A stretch of 64,000 nucleotides of DNA from Phallusia mammillata (taxonomy: Eukaryota): positions 14,384,001-14,448,000 of the forward strand of contig OZ281499.1 of the NCBI GenBank assembly GCA_965637545.1, in the 5' to 3' direction. Every line of letters starts with the position of its first letter. Within the stretch, counting starts at the first letter, position 1. Under the pieces are notes generated by a model. It worked only from the letters and a program-made list of their open reading frames with translations, had not been told where the DNA came from and searched no databases. This document shows positions 13,830 to 31,349 of the stretch, piece after piece. The position numbers and the translations under genes are program-made.

Positions 13830-14426
13830 CTACTTCTTGGTCGCCTTCTTGGCGGCAGGCTTTTTGGCCTGCTTCTTGGCTGCCGGTTTCTTCGCCTTCA
13901 CAGCCGTCTTCTTGGGTGACTTCTTAGCCGCCGCAGCCGGGGCCCTTTTCGCTTGCTTGGCCGCCTTCTTGGGTGACGACTTCTTGCCCGCCGCCGCCTT
14001 CTTGGCAGGCGCTTTTTTGGCGGCCGGCTTCTTTTTCGGGGACTTCTTCGCGTCCTTCTTGGCTGCGGCCGCCTTGGGCTTGTCCGCCTTCTTGCCGGCT
14101 GCTGCCTTGGGCTTCTTCTTCTTCTTGCCCTCGCCGGCCTGCGGCTTCACGAGCTTGAAGGAGCCGGACGCGCCGGTGCCCTTGGTGCGTGCCAACTGGC
14201 CCTTTTCGGCAAGGCGCCGCAGCGCCAGCTTGATATGGCTGTCGGCCGAGTCACCCACCTTGTAGTTGGCCTTGATGTACTTGGCGATCGCCTGGCGCGA
14301 CGAGCCGCCCCTCTCCTTCAGCTGCGCGATGGCAGCGCTGATCATCTCCTGGTATGTGGGGTGCGCCTTGGGCGCGGCCGCCTTCTTGCTGGCCTGCTTC
14401 TTTCCTGCGCTCTTCGCGTCGGACAT
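13830..14426 (-). CDS. H1: Histone H1 type A
   Basis: Same as 2782-3378. Confidence 0.97.
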   Translation of the reverse strand: MSDAKSAGKKQASKKAAAPKAHPTYQEMISAAIAQLKERGGSSRQAIAKYIKANYKVGDSADSHIKLALRRLAEKGQLARTKGTGASGSFKLVKPQAGEGKKKKKPKAAAGKKADKPKAAAAKKDAKKSPKKKPAAKKAPAKKAAAGKKSSPKKAAKQAKRAPAAAAKKSPKKTAVKAKKPAAKKQAKKPAAKKATKK

Positions 14427-15863
14427 TTTGATTTCTGCTAGTGACTGACTGACTGACTGACAAAGAAATGACGTTTGCCGGTCGAGCGGCTTCGACGCGT
14501 ATTTGTACGGCGTGTCCGCACTAACGCGAAACGACGTTTCGGAAAGCCCGCCGACGGTGCGGGTGCAACTTGCTGTTTGTGCTTGAATCGCCTAAACGCG
14601 GGCCTGCCCAAGCGCGGCCCCAGGTCGCTCGGCGTCGGCCTGTGCCCTGTCGAGGAGCGTAGCGCTCAGGGCGCACGCCAGCGCAATTGCAGACCGGCAC
14701 CGCGCCGCCGCGCTCCACGGGGGGCTCAGGAGCGAGGCGGCAAGGTGTGCGGTGCGCCCGGTCGAGTGCAGGCGTGGCCTTCACGCGGGCGTGGGCCCGG
14801 GTGGGACGGATTCAGGCGATTTCTCTTGTCGAAAACGCAAGTCCCAGGTGGCCCGGAGCTCGTGGCACCGGGCACTGTCCGGTGCGGTGGTGCGGGTCGA
14901 AGTGGTGGGGCCGCCAAGGCCGCGGGTTAGTACAGGTTGGGCCCGGCGCGTGCGCAGCAGGGGTCACGCCGCTGGTCGGGCCACCAGAGCGAAAGAGAGA
15001 GGGCCGAAAGTGAGACAGCACGCGTGTTTGGTTGTTTGGTTGTTTGCCTTGGCCCTTGGCCTCGCGCCCGTTGATTGCGTTTTGTCGACGCATTTGCACG
15101 GGTTCGGCTCGTCGGTGGGGCGGGTGGCGCCTGACGGTTGTCGTTAGTTCGCCGGTCGGCTTGCTGCACCACGTTTCAGTATTTTGTTTCGCCAGTTTGC
15201 GCGGCTTTTGCGGTTCGATGCGCGCGTGGGTATTGGCAGGAGGCGAAATCGTGCGGCGCACGTAAAGCCGAGCGCGCGGTGTTGCCGCTTTGTCCATCTT
15301 TTCCTATTTCTCTGGCTTGCGGCAGGTTATGACGCACTTGTGTTCCTTTTAATGGCTGTAAAATCGTTCGCGGTCTGGGGTTTTTCCCTCGGGCTACTGG
15401 TTGAGTTTCGGTTCGGCGAGGTCGGGTCGTTTTTTTTCCGAGTGGCAGCGGAACTGAACTGGGCTGGCAACGGCGCAGTTTTGGGGGCATTGAAAACAAA
15501 CAGTGTTTGCCTGTCGACTCGACTCGCGAAAAAGCGGCTAGATCGAGGGTGGTCCCAACGCTGAAGTGGCCAACACAAAAAGCAAAGTGCGCTTTGCCGT
15601 GGCGGCGGTACATTGTGCGCAACGACATTTTTTGGTTTTTGTTTTTTCTTGTTGGCACGGAGCAAAATGAGAAGGGAAAAAAAAGCAAAAAAACAGAAAC
15701 GACAAGAAAGTCGGCAAAGCAGGCCTTTCGGCGCTCGCGATTGATTCTCTCCCTGAACGATCGGGTGGCTCTGAAAAGAGCCGTTTTGGTTGGCGGCGGC
15801 GGCGGCGCTCGCTGAGGATGAGGCCCCCCGCGGCGGCGCTTGCTGCTGGTGGTGGTGGCTTGC

Positions 15864-16223
15864 TTACTTGGAGCTGGTGTACTTGGTGACGGCCTTGGTG
15901 CCTTCGGACACCGCGTGCTTGGCCAATTCGCCGGGCAGGAGCAGACGGACCGAGGTCTGGATCTCGCGGCTGCTGATGGTCGACCGCTTGTTGTAGAGCG
16001 ACAGGCGCGACGCCTCGCCGGCGATGCGCTCGAACACGTCGTTGACGAACGAGTTCATGATGCCCATCGCCCGGCTCGAGATGCCGGTGTCGGGGTGCAC
16101 CTGCTTCAACACCTTGTAAATGTAGATGCTGAAGGTCTCGCGTCTGCGCTTTCGCCGCTTCTTGGTCTTGTCGGCCGGCGCGGCCTTCTTCACTGCCTTC
16201 TTGGTGCCTTTGCTAGCTGCCAT
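15864..16223 (-). CDS. H2B: Histone H2B type A
   Basis: Same as 4816-5175. Confidence 0.97.
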   Translation of the reverse strand: MAASKGTKKAVKKAAPADKTKKRRKRRRETFSIYIYKVLKQVHPDTGISSRAMGIMNSFVNDVFERIAGEASRLSLYNKRSTISSREIQTSVRLLLPGELAKHAVSEGTKAVTKYTSSK

Positions 16224-16498
16224 GCTGCTGCTCACTGAATTTCTTTCGAAAGGAAACGAACTGAGCGGCTCTCCGGCCACCGCGGGCATTTATAGGCGCT
16301 CCATGCAAATGAGGCGTCCGTCCTCCCGACGAGCGGCGCTCCCGGGAGCAAAAGGAAACAATGGCCCCTTGTGGTCGAGTCGTGATCCGAGCGTGATCGG
16401 AGTGCGAGAGAATTTCGACAAAGGCGAGAGCTATAAAAGGAGAAGGGCGGCGAGTGGCAGGCATTCGACCTTGTTTGGTTTGTCATTCGCTCAGCTAA

Positions 16499-16903
<405 letters not shown>

Positions 16904-17484
16904 ATCGTCGCCCCTGTCTCGTACGTGGTGCAAACCGAAAAACGGCTCTTTTCAGAGCCACCCGAATTTTTCGCAAAAGAGATTTCAAGATGGCCGCCCC
17001 CCCCCCCCGCTGCGGCCCGGGACCGTGCATTGCTCGCCCCGAACGAATGTCTTCCTTGTAGCCTTTGCCCAATTTTTGCGATGGCAAACTATTTCGACCA
17101 ATTGAAACCGCATTCCAATTTCACAACACAGCCCTACATGACGTCACTGTGCACCCTGTTGCCTTTGTCGTCGAGTTCGACCAGGGCTCCGGCTCCGGGC
17201 GAAACGAGCCTTTAATGTGCGTCATTCATGCTCCAGCGAGCAACTGTCCTCGCGCAATTGAATTTCACCCAACGAAACGAAATGCCATTTCGAAACACGG
17301 CAAAAGAGACTAGCCGGCGGCGGCCATGTTCCTGTTTTTGCCGCGCACATCGCAGGCAAGCGTACTTACTTACGCCGTAAAAAAATGGCACGACGCGCCG
17401 GCCCCCGAAACAAGTCAAGTATCTCTTTCGCAAGGGTTTAGGTGGCTCTGAAAAGAGCCGTTTTGGTTGTTGGTGTGCCGCTTC

Positions 17485-18021
<537 letters not shown>

Positions 18022-18231
18022 TCAGCGCTTTGATCTCGCCGCACCGGCCAAGCGGCCGGCCGCGAAACGAGTGTATTTCTGCGCAAAAACGAGCGCCGCC
18101 AAGGCCCCGGGCCTGGCCTAGCCTAGCCGCCCCTTCTCGCAAAATTCTCTCCCGCCAAGTATGGGTGGCCCTGAAAAGGGCCGATTTTGTTGTTGTTGCC
18201 GCTTGTGACAAGTCCGAAAGGTGCTGGCAGC

Positions 18232-18696
<465 letters not shown>

Positions 18697-18822
18697 TCAG
18701 TTTCGAAAGGCTAAGTGCGACTGGCGCGCGCAAAACACGAGTTGTTTTTCCCTTTGCGAAAGTGTGGGTGGCCCTGAAAAGAGCCGTTTTTGTTGCGCGC
18801 GGAAAATCTACCGCGCTCCGCT

Positions 18823-19419
18823 CTACTTCTTGGTCGCCTTCTTGGCGGCAGGCTTTTTGGCCTGCTTCTTGGCTGCCGGTTTCTTCGCCTTCACAGCCGT
18901 CTTCTTGGGTGACTTCTTAGCCGCCGCAGCCGGGGCCCTTTTCGCTTGCTTGGCCGCCTTCTTGGGTGACGACTTCTTGCCCGCCGCCGCCTTCTTGGCA
19001 GGCGCTTTTTTGGCGGCCGGCTTCTTTTTCGGGGACTTCTTCGCGTCCTTCTTGGCTGCGGCCGCCTTGGGCTTGTCCGCCTTCTTGCCGGCTGCTGCCT
19101 TGGGCTTCTTCTTCTTCTTGCCCTCGCCGGCCTGCGGCTTCACGAGCTTGAAGGAGCCGGACGCGCCGGTGCCCTTGGTGCGTGCCAACTGGCCCTTTTC
19201 GGCAAGGCGCCGCAGCGCCAGCTTGATATGGCTGTCGGCCGAGTCACCCACCTTGTAGTTGGCCTTGATGTACTTGGCGATCGCCTGGCGCGACGAGCCG
19301 CCCCTCTCCTTCAGCTGCGCGATGGCAGCGCTGATCATCTCCTGGTATGTGGGGTGCGCCTTGGGCGCGGCCGCCTTCTTGCTGGCCTGCTTCTTTCCTG
19401 CGCTCTTCGCGTCGGACAT
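18823..19419 (-). CDS. H1: Histone H1 type A
   Basis: H1. Confidence 0.97.
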   Translation of the reverse strand: MSDAKSAGKKQASKKAAAPKAHPTYQEMISAAIAQLKERGGSSRQAIAKYIKANYKVGDSADSHIKLALRRLAEKGQLARTKGTGASGSFKLVKPQAGEGKKKKKPKAAAGKKADKPKAAAAKKDAKKSPKKKPAAKKAPAKKAAAGKKSSPKKAAKQAKRAPAAAAKKSPKKTAVKAKKPAAKKQAKKPAAKKATKK

Positions 19420-20856
19420 TTTGATTTCTGCTAGTGACTGACTGACTGACTGACAAAGAAATGACGTTTGCCGGTCGAGCGGCTTCGACGCGTATTTGTA
19501 CGGCGTGTCCGCACTAACGCGAAACGACGTTTCGGAAAGCCCGCCGACGGTGCGGGTGCAACTTGCTGTTTGTGCTTGAATCGCCTAAACGCGGGCCTGC
19601 CCAAGCGCGGCCCCAGGTCGCTCGGCGTCGGCCTGTGCCCTGTCGAGGAGCGTAGCGCTCAGGGCGCACGCCAGCGCAATTGCAGACCGGCACCGCGCCG
19701 CCGCGCTCCACGGGGGGCTCAGGAGCGAGGCGGCAAGGTGTGCGGTGCGCCCGGTCGAGTGCAGGCGTGGCCTTCACGCGGGCGTGGGCCCGGGTGGGAC
19801 GGATTCAGGCGATTTCTCTTGTCGAAAACGCAAGTCCCAGGTGGCCCGGAGCTCGTGGCACCGGGCACTGTCCGGTGCGGTGGTGCGGGTCGAAGTGGTG
19901 GGGCCGCCAAGGCCGCGGGTTAGTACAGGTTGGGCCCGGCGCGTGCGCAGCAGGGGTCACGCCGCTGGTCGGGCCACCAGAGCGAAAGAGAGAGGGCCGA
20001 AAGTGAGACAGCACGCGTGTTTGGTTGTTTGGTTGTTTGCCTTGGCCCTTGGCCTCGCGCCCGTTGATTGCGTTTTGTCGACGCATTTGCACGGGTTCGG
20101 CTCGTCGGTGGGGCGGGTGGCGCCTGACGGTTGTCGTTAGTTCGCCGGTCGGCTTGCTGCACCACGTTTCAGTATTTTGTTTCGCCAGTTTGCGCGGCTT
20201 TTGCGGTTCGATGCGCGCGTGGGTATTGGCAGGAGGCGAAATCGTGCGGCGCACGTAAAGCCGAGCGCGCGGTGTTGCCGCTTTGTCCATCTTTTCCTAT
20301 TTCTCTGGCTTGCGGCAGGTTATGACGCACTTGTGTTCCTTTTAATGGCTGTAAAATCGTTCGCGGTCTGGGGTTTTTCCCTCGGGCTACTGGTTGAGTT
20401 TCGGTTCGGCGAGGTCGGGTCGTTTTTTTTCCGAGTGGCAGCGGAACTGAACTGGGCTGGCAACGGCGCAGTTTTGGGGGCATTGAAAACAAACAGTGTT
20501 TGCCTGTCGACTCGACTCGCGAAAAAGCGGCTAGATCGAGGGTGGTCCCAACGCTGAAGTGGCCAACACAAAAAGCAAAGTGCGCTTTGCCGTGGCGGCG
20601 GTACATTGTGCGCAACGACATTTTTTGGTTTTTGTTTTTTCTTGTTGGCACGGAGCAAAATGAGAAGGGAAAAAAAAGCAAAAAAACAGAAACGACAAGA
20701 AAGTCGGCAAAGCAGGCCTTTCGGCGCTCGCGATTGATTCTCTCCCTGAACGATCGGGTGGCTCTGAAAAGAGCCGTTTTGGTTGGCGGCGGCGGCGGCG
20801 CTCGCTGAGGATGAGGCCCCCCGCGGCGGCGCTTGCTGCTGGTGGTGGTGGCTTGC

Positions 20857-21216
20857 TTACTTGGAGCTGGTGTACTTGGTGACGGCCTTGGTGCCTTCGG
20901 ACACCGCGTGCTTGGCCAATTCGCCGGGCAGGAGCAGACGGACCGAGGTCTGGATCTCGCGGCTGCTGATGGTCGACCGCTTGTTGTAGAGCGACAGGCG
21001 CGACGCCTCGCCGGCGATGCGCTCGAACACGTCGTTGACGAACGAGTTCATGATGCCCATCGCCCGGCTCGAGATGCCGGTGTCGGGGTGCACCTGCTTC
21101 AACACCTTGTAAATGTAGATGCTGAAGGTCTCGCGTCTGCGCTTTCGCCGCTTCTTGGTCTTGTCGGCCGGCGCGGCCTTCTTCACTGCCTTCTTGGTGC
21201 CTTTGCTAGCTGCCAT
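20857..21216 (-). CDS. H2B: Histone H2B type A
   Basis: H2B. Confidence 0.97.
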   Translation of the reverse strand: MAASKGTKKAVKKAAPADKTKKRRKRRRETFSIYIYKVLKQVHPDTGISSRAMGIMNSFVNDVFERIAGEASRLSLYNKRSTISSREIQTSVRLLLPGELAKHAVSEGTKAVTKYTSSK

Positions 21217-21491
21217 GCTGCTGCTCACTGAATTTCTTTCGAAAGGAAACGAACTGAGCGGCTCTCCGGCCACCGCGGGCATTTATAGGCGCTCCATGCA
21301 AATGAGGCGTCCGTCCTCCCGACGAGCGGCGCTCCCGGGAGCAAAAGGAAACAATGGCCCCTTGTGGTCGAGTCGTGATCCGAGCGTGATCGGAGTGCGA
21401 GAGAATTTCGACAAAGGCGAGAGCTATAAAAGGAGAAGGGCGGCGAGTGGCAGGCATTCGACCTTGTTTGGTTTGTCATTCGCTCAGCTAA

Positions 21492-21896
<405 letters not shown>

Positions 21897-22477
21897 ATCG
21901 TCGCCCCTGTCTCGTACGTGGTGCAAACCGAAAAACGGCTCTTTTCAGAGCCACCCGAATTTTTCGCAAAAGAGATTTCAAGATGGCCGCCCCCCCCCCC
22001 CGCTGCGGCCCGGGACCGTGCATTGCTCGCCCCGAACGAATGTCTTCCTTGTAGCCTTTGCCCAATTTTTGCGATGGCAAACTATTTCGACCAATTGAAA
22101 CCGCATTCCAATTTCACAACACAGCCCTACATGACGTCACTGTGCACCCTGTTGCCTTTGTCGTCGAGTTCGACCAGGGCTCCGGCTCCGGGCGAAACGA
22201 GCCTTTAATGTGCGTCATTCATGCTCCAGCGAGCAACTGTCCTCGCGCAATTGAATTTCACCCAACGAAACGAAATGCCATTTCGAAACACGGCAAAAGA
22301 GACTAGCCGGCGGCGGCCATGTTCCTGTTTTTGCCGCGCACATCGCAGGCAAGCGTACTTACTTACGCCGTAAAAAAATGGCACGACGCGCCGGCCCCCG
22401 AAACAAGTCAAGTATCTCTTTCGCAAGGGTTTAGGTGGCTCTGAAAAGAGCCGTTTTGGTTGTTGGTGTGCCGCTTC

Positions 22478-23014
<537 letters not shown>

Positions 23015-23224
23015 TCAGCGCTTTGATCTCGCCGCACCGGCCAAGCGGCCGGCCGCGAAACGAGTGTATTTCTGCGCAAAAACGAGCGCCGCCAAGGCCC
23101 CGGGCCTGGCCTAGCCTAGCCGCCCCTTCTCGCAAAATTCTCTCCCGCCAAGTATGGGTGGCCCTGAAAAGGGCCGATTTTGTTGTTGTTGCCGCTTGTG
23201 ACAAGTCCGAAAGGTGCTGGCAGC

Positions 23225-23689
<465 letters not shown>

Positions 23690-23815
23690 TCAGTTTCGAA
23701 AGGCTAAGTGCGACTGGCGCGCGCAAAACACGAGTTGTTTTTCCCTTTGCGAAAGTGTGGGTGGCCCTGAAAAGAGCCGTTTTTGTTGCGCGCGGAAAAT
23801 CTACCGCGCTCCGCT

Positions 23816-24412
23816 CTACTTCTTGGTCGCCTTCTTGGCGGCAGGCTTTTTGGCCTGCTTCTTGGCTGCCGGTTTCTTCGCCTTCACAGCCGTCTTCTTG
23901 GGTGACTTCTTAGCCGCCGCAGCCGGGGCCCTTTTCGCTTGCTTGGCCGCCTTCTTGGGTGACGACTTCTTGCCCGCCGCCGCCTTCTTGGCAGGCGCTT
24001 TTTTGGCGGCCGGCTTCTTTTTCGGGGACTTCTTCGCGTCCTTCTTGGCTGCGGCCGCCTTGGGCTTGTCCGCCTTCTTGCCGGCTGCTGCCTTGGGCTT
24101 CTTCTTCTTCTTGCCCTCGCCGGCCTGCGGCTTCACGAGCTTGAAGGAGCCGGACGCGCCGGTGCCCTTGGTGCGTGCCAACTGGCCCTTTTCGGCAAGG
24201 CGCCGCAGCGCCAGCTTGATATGGCTGTCGGCCGAGTCACCCACCTTGTAGTTGGCCTTGATGTACTTGGCGATCGCCTGGCGCGACGAGCCGCCCCTCT
24301 CCTTCAGCTGCGCGATGGCAGCGCTGATCATCTCCTGGTATGTGGGGTGCGCCTTGGGCGCGGCCGCCTTCTTGCTGGCCTGCTTCTTTCCTGCGCTCTT
24401 CGCGTCGGACAT
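23816..24412 (-). CDS. H1: Histone H1 type A
   Basis: H1. Confidence 0.97.
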   Translation of the reverse strand: MSDAKSAGKKQASKKAAAPKAHPTYQEMISAAIAQLKERGGSSRQAIAKYIKANYKVGDSADSHIKLALRRLAEKGQLARTKGTGASGSFKLVKPQAGEGKKKKKPKAAAGKKADKPKAAAAKKDAKKSPKKKPAAKKAPAKKAAAGKKSSPKKAAKQAKRAPAAAAKKSPKKTAVKAKKPAAKKQAKKPAAKKATKK

Positions 24413-24458
24413 TTTGATTTCTGCTAGTGACTGACTGACTGACTGACAAAGAAATGAC

Positions 24459-24658
24459 NNNNNNNNNNNNNNNNNNNNNNNNNNNNNNNNNNNNNNNNNN
24501 NNNNNNNNNNNNNNNNNNNNNNNNNNNNNNNNNNNNNNNNNNNNNNNNNNNNNNNNNNNNNNNNNNNNNNNNNNNNNNNNNNNNNNNNNNNNNNNNNNNN
24601 NNNNNNNNNNNNNNNNNNNNNNNNNNNNNNNNNNNNNNNNNNNNNNNNNNNNNNNNNN
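24459..24658. other. Assembly gap (200 N)
   Basis: N run between arrays A and B; true size, copy number and relative orientation are unresolved. Confidence 0.99.
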
Positions 24659-24791
24659 CCTCTTAAGAGATTTGACGCTTTATTTGCATGCAAATGTTTA
24701 TAAAACCGAGCGGTGGCGGGAAATGCGTTTAGTTCGTTATTTTGACCTTCAGTACCAGCAGTGATCGTAGGCTAAACTGAGGCAGCACAGC

Positions 24792-25151
24792 ATGGCAGCC
24801 AGCAAAGGAACTAAGAAGGCAGTGAAGAAGGCCGCGCCGGCCGACAAGACCAAAAAGCGCCGAAAGCGCAGACGCGAGACCTTCAGCATCTACATTTACA
24901 AGGTTCTGAAGCAGGTACACCCAGACACCGGCATCTCAAGCAAAGCGATGAACATCATGAACTCGTTCGTCAACGACGTGTTCGAGCGCATTGCTGGCGA
25001 AGCTTCCCGCCTGTCGCTCTACAACAAGCGACGGACTATTAGCAGCCGCGAGATCCAGACCTCAGTCCGTCTGCTCCTGCCCGGCGAATTGGCCAAGCAC
25101 GCAGTGTCCGAAGGCACCAAGGCCGTTACCAAGTACACCAGCTCCAAGTAA
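24792..25151 (+). CDS. H2B: Histone H2B type B-a
   Basis: 119 aa; KAMNIMN, NKRRT. Confidence 0.97.
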   Translation: MAASKGTKKAVKKAAPADKTKKRRKRRRETFSIYIYKVLKQVHPDTGISSKAMNIMNSFVNDVFERIAGEASRLSLYNKRRTISSREIQTSVRLLLPGELAKHAVSEGTKAVTKYTSSK

Positions 25152-26502
25152 GCACCAAAGCAAGCGCCGCGGGGGGCTTCATCACCCGAGCGAGGTCATC
25201 GCCGCCCTTGCCCCAAAAAACGGCTCTTTTCAGAGCCACCCGATCGTTCAAAGAGAGAATTGCAACGGCCGAAAGGCGGCCTGGTTAAAGTCATTTGCCG
25301 ATTTCTTGCCGTTGTAGTTTTTCCTCGTTTTGGTCCCAGCCAATTCACCACGAAACACCGAAAAATGTATTTGCCCACACTAAAGCGCCACTAGCCTACT
25401 GACTGGCCCGCGGGAAAGCGCCCTTTGCGTGTTTTTTTTTCTCTGCCGACGTTTAGGCCAATGATTCGTCTGCTTTTCCGCGCCCGCCAAAAATAACAAA
25501 TAAATACACCAATAAATGCTCCACAGCAGCCAGAGAAATACCAAAATCACAAGCAAAACTAGAGCGCTGCCAGCTTGTGCTACTCGAAAAACTCGAAAAG
25601 TTCCACCCGCCGATCTACGATCCTTCCACCACCGGACCGCAACTGAAAAACAACCCGACGGGAAAGGCCCCGGACCGCGAAGGATTTTGCAACAAATTCA
25701 TTAATACTTACATAATTAACTGGCGCTAATGCTAATCAATTTGTAAAAGTCACACAATTTTTTGCTCGCCGCAAAGCCGAGATGCAGGCTCTCAAACATT
25801 CACTCATAACGTAAACTGTTTCTAGTCTTGTGTGTTGGTAATCCCCTGTGGTGTGAAAACATAATAAATGGAACCCACTGATCTGTGAAGGAGCGACGAG
25901 CCAAAGTAAAAACCAAACTCGCATTCCGCTTCGCTTTCAGGCCGCTCACTGACCTGCCTAGCTTGCCCCCTGCTGCGCAGGCGCCCTGTCCGACCTGTAC
26001 TAACCCCCAGGCTTGGCGGTCCCAACAGTTCACCCCACACGACAGCAGCGGACGGCGCCGGGTGTCACGACCTCCGGGGCGCTTCGGCTCCACTTTTGTG
26101 ACAAACCAGGCTTGCCGTGAACAAACCTGTTTGGGCCCGCAGCCGGATTTAGGCCACGCGCACACTCGACTAGGCGTCTCACACAGCTCAACGCCTCGCT
26201 CTGATGCCCCCCGTGGAGCACGCCGGCGCGGTGCGGGTCGCTAATTGCGCTGGCGTGCGACCTGAGCGTCGCACTGCACCACAGGGCACAAGCCGATGCC
26301 GAGCGACCTGGGGCCTCACTGGGGCAGGCCCGCGTTTAGGCGATTCAAGCACAAACTGCAAGTTTCACCCGCACCCGTCGGCGAGCCTTCCAAAACGTCG
26401 TTTCGCGTTAGTGCGGCCAGGCCATACAAATAGGCGTCGACGCCGCTTGCCCGGCAAACTTCATTTTGTTCTGTCAGTCAACCAGTCAGAAGCAACGACA
26501 CT

Positions 26503-27105
26503 ATGTCCGACTCAAAGAGCGCAGGAAAGAAGCAGGCCAGCAAAAAGGCAGTCGCGCCCAAGGCGCACCCCACCTACCAGGTGATGATCAACGCTGCCAT
26601 TACGCAGCTAAAGGACAGGAGTGGCTCGTCGCGCCAGGCGATCGCCAAGTACATCAAGGCCAACTACAAGGTGGGTGACGGGGCTGACCACCACATCAGG
26701 CAGGCGCTGCGTCGTCTTTCCTCAAAGGGTCAGTTGTTAAACACCAGGGGTAGCAAGGGTGCGTCCGGCTCCTTCAAGCTCGTGAAACCGCAGGCCGGCG
26801 AGGGCAAGAAGAAGAAGCCCAAGGCAGCCGCAAAGAAGGCGGATAAGCCCAAGCAGGCCGCAGCCAAAAAGCCCGCCGCCAAGAAGGATGCAAAGAAGTC
26901 CCCCAAAAAGAAACCGGCGGCCAAACAAACGGCCACCAAGAAGGCGGCGGCAGGCAAGAAGTCGTCACCCAAGAAGGCGGTCAAGCAAGCGAAAAAGACC
27001 CCGGCGGCAAAGAAATCACCCAAGAAGACTGCTGTGAAGTCGAAAAAACCGGCGGCCAAGAAGCAGGCTAAAAAGCCTGCCGCCAAAAAGGCAACCAAGA
27101 AGTAG
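26503..27105 (+). CDS. H1: Histone H1 type B (200 aa)
   Basis: Globular domain plus K/A/P tail; differs from type A. Confidence 0.97.
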   Translation: MSDSKSAGKKQASKKAVAPKAHPTYQVMINAAITQLKDRSGSSRQAIAKYIKANYKVGDGADHHIRQALRRLSSKGQLLNTRGSKGASGSFKLVKPQAGEGKKKKPKAAAKKADKPKQAAAKKPAAKKDAKKSPKKKPAAKQTATKKAAAGKKSSPKKAVKQAKKTPAAKKSPKKTAVKSKKPAAKKQAKKPAAKKATKK

Positions 27106-27352
27106 AGCGGAGCGGCGTAGAGATCCCCGCTCAACACAAACGGCTCTTTTCAGGGCCACCCACACTTTCGCAAAGAGAAAATGAAGTTTTCGCGCGCAAG
27201 CCGCACTAAGCCCTTTTAACTGTTCCGACCAGTTAACAAGCATTGTGCTCTAGTGCGCCGAATGCGGACATGTTGCACATACTTGCTTCGCTGATATTCG
27301 TTTTGGCACTATATAACTGGGAGGCGCGCAGAATGCGGCACAGTCGCTTTAG

Positions 27353-27694
<342 letters not shown>

Positions 27695-27991
27695 GCACCT
27701 TCCAATCATCGGCAACGGCAGCAACAAAATCGGCCCTTTTCAGGGCCACTCATACTTATCGGGAGAGAATTTGTAAGGGCCGAGTGGCTCGGGCCTCGTG
27801 TTGATTAGCCGGCAACGAGCGGCGATAGATGTTATTTTTGCGCCAATAAAAAAATCCCTCGTTTCGCGGCCGCTTTGCCGATGCGGCGAGATCAAAGGTC
27901 TGATTGGTCGAGTTGAATTTTCGCAAACCAATAGGCGTGAGTCCACGAAGGTATATAACGCGGACCGAACACTGCCGGTTCATCAGTCTGA

Positions 27992-28459
<468 letters not shown>

Positions 28460-28760
28460 ATAGGGGCATCGGCGCAATCAACAACACAAACGGCTCTTTT
28501 CAGAGCCACCTAAATGCCAGTGAAAGAGATACTTGACTTGTATTTGTCCGCAGTAAGGTGGGCGAACGGTAATTTCGTTGCTCGCGTCGGGCAATAGGAG
28601 TAAAAAAACGAACAGACAGGGCCGCTGAAGCGCAAGCGGATATATGAAAGCAACCAGGGTGCGGGCACAGCACGTCAAACTCTTTTGCGAAAAATCGAGT
28701 GGCTCTGAAAAGAGCCGTTTCTGTTTTGCATCACGTACGAGACGAGACAGGGGCGTCGAT

Positions 28761-29189
<429 letters not shown>

Positions 29190-29473
29190 TCAAATGCCTG
29201 CAAAATGCGTCTGTTCGCTTTTATAGCTCGTGCCTTTGTCGAAATTCTCTCGCATTTCCGTCACGTGCGAATAAAACTCGACCACCGTCGCTCGTACAGC
29301 TATTGTTTCCTTGTTGCTCTCAGAGGCGCCGCGTCTGAGGAGGTTTGATGTTTCATTTACATACGAGTGTTTATAAAATCGGGCGGTGGCGGGAAAAGCG
29401 TCCAGTTCGTTATTTTAACGTTGAGTTTTAGCACAGCTCGCCGTCGGACAAGACAAACCTAAGGCAAGACAGC

Positions 29474-29833
29474 ATGGCAGCCAGCAAAGGAACTAAAAAA
29501 GCCGTGAAGAAGGCCGCACCGGCCGACAAGACCAAGAAGCGCCGAAAGCGCAGACACGAGACCTTCAGCATCTACATTTACAAGGTTCTGAAGCAAGTGC
29601 ACCCGGACACCGGTATCTCAAGCAAAGCGATGGGCATCATGAACTCGTTCGTCAACGACGTGTTCGAGCGCATTGCCGCCGAGGCCTCACGACTGTCGCT
29701 CTACAACAAACGATCGACCATCAGCAGCCGCGAGATCCAGACCTCAGTCCGTCTGCTCCTGCCCGGCGAATTGGCCAAGCACGCAGTGTCCGAAGGCACC
29801 AAAGCCGTGACCAAATACACCAGCTCCAAGTAA
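29474..29833 (+). CDS. H2B: Histone H2B type B-b
   Basis: 119 aa; RRHETF, KAMGIMN, IAAEAS. Confidence 0.97.
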   Translation: MAASKGTKKAVKKAAPADKTKKRRKRRHETFSIYIYKVLKQVHPDTGISSKAMGIMNSFVNDVFERIAAEASRLSLYNKRSTISSREIQTSVRLLLPGELAKHAVSEGTKAVTKYTSSK

Positions 29834-30289
29834 GCGCGGCGCGGGGCTTGATCGAAAACGGCTCTTTTCAGAGCCACCTCAGTACTTAAAAAGGGAATTG
29901 CGACGGCCGAAACGGCTGTTTTGGACCGTGCTACAGTTTTGGCGAATGTCAAGTTGCTAAAAACCGCTTTGCTGCTGCTGGTGTGTTGGCCTTTTGTCCC
30001 AAAAGCATCGAACAATTTCGGTACCCATAGTTCATAAAATTTCGATTGGTGCAGAGTTTTATTTTTAGCCTGACCGAAAAATTAAAGGATGACGCCAAAT
30101 TTATGTAAAAATCGTTGAAATGTCTGGAATTGGGGATATTATATCGAATGTACCCTATTTCTTTTTCTTGTGCAATTCATGGGCGTCGCGAAATGCGAAG
30201 GGGCGGGGATAAACTCTTTTGCGAATAAAGAAGGTGGCTCTGAAAAGAGCCGTTTTTGCTTCGCGCCACGTACTTGGCCGGGCGCCGAT

Positions 30290-30691
<402 letters not shown>

Positions 30692-30989
30692 TTACTGACA
30701 CACAACAAATCGACTGAATGCCCGCGAGTAACGGATCTTCGCTCTTATAGCTCATGCCCTTGTCGAAATTCTCTCGCATTTCCGTCACGTGCGAATGAAA
30801 TTCGACCACAGTCGCTCCTACAGTTATTGTTTCCTTCATGCTCTTGAGGAGCGTCGCCTCTTAAGAGATTTGACGCTTTATTTGCATGCAAATGTTTATA
30901 AAACCGAGCGGTGGCGGGAAATGCGTTTAGTTCGTTATTTTGACCTTCAGTACCAGCAGTGATCGTAGGCTAAACTGAGGCAGCACAGC

Positions 30990-31349
30990 ATGGCAGCCAG
31001 CAAAGGAACTAAGAAGGCAGTGAAGAAGGCCGCGCCGGCCGACAAGACCAAAAAGCGCCGAAAGCGCAGACGCGAGACCTTCAGCATCTACATTTACAAG
31101 GTTCTGAAGCAGGTACACCCAGACACCGGCATCTCAAGCAAAGCGATGAACATCATGAACTCGTTCGTCAACGACGTGTTCGAGCGCATTGCTGGCGAAG
31201 CTTCCCGCCTGTCGCTCTACAACAAGCGACGGACTATTAGCAGCCGCGAGATCCAGACCTCAGTCCGTCTGCTCCTGCCCGGCGAATTGGCCAAGCACGC
31301 AGTGTCCGAAGGCACCAAGGCCGTTACCAAGTACACCAGCTCCAAGTAA
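30990..31349 (+). CDS. H2B: Histone H2B type B-a
   Basis: Repeat copy. Confidence 0.97.
   Translation: MAASKGTKKAVKKAAPADKTKKRRKRRRETFSIYIYKVLKQVHPDTGISSKAMNIMNSFVNDVFERIAGEASRLSLYNKRRTISSREIQTSVRLLLPGELAKHAVSEGTKAVTKYTSSK

Noticed and set aside
24424-24693. ORFs spanning the N run, and a true inverted junction between the arrays
   Set aside because: Gap artefacts; orientation across the gap cannot be verified.
25993-26010. TACTAAC...CAG as a branch point and splice acceptor upstream of H1
   Set aside because: The AG is absent in the array A counterpart, and H1 has its own promoter and stem-loop.
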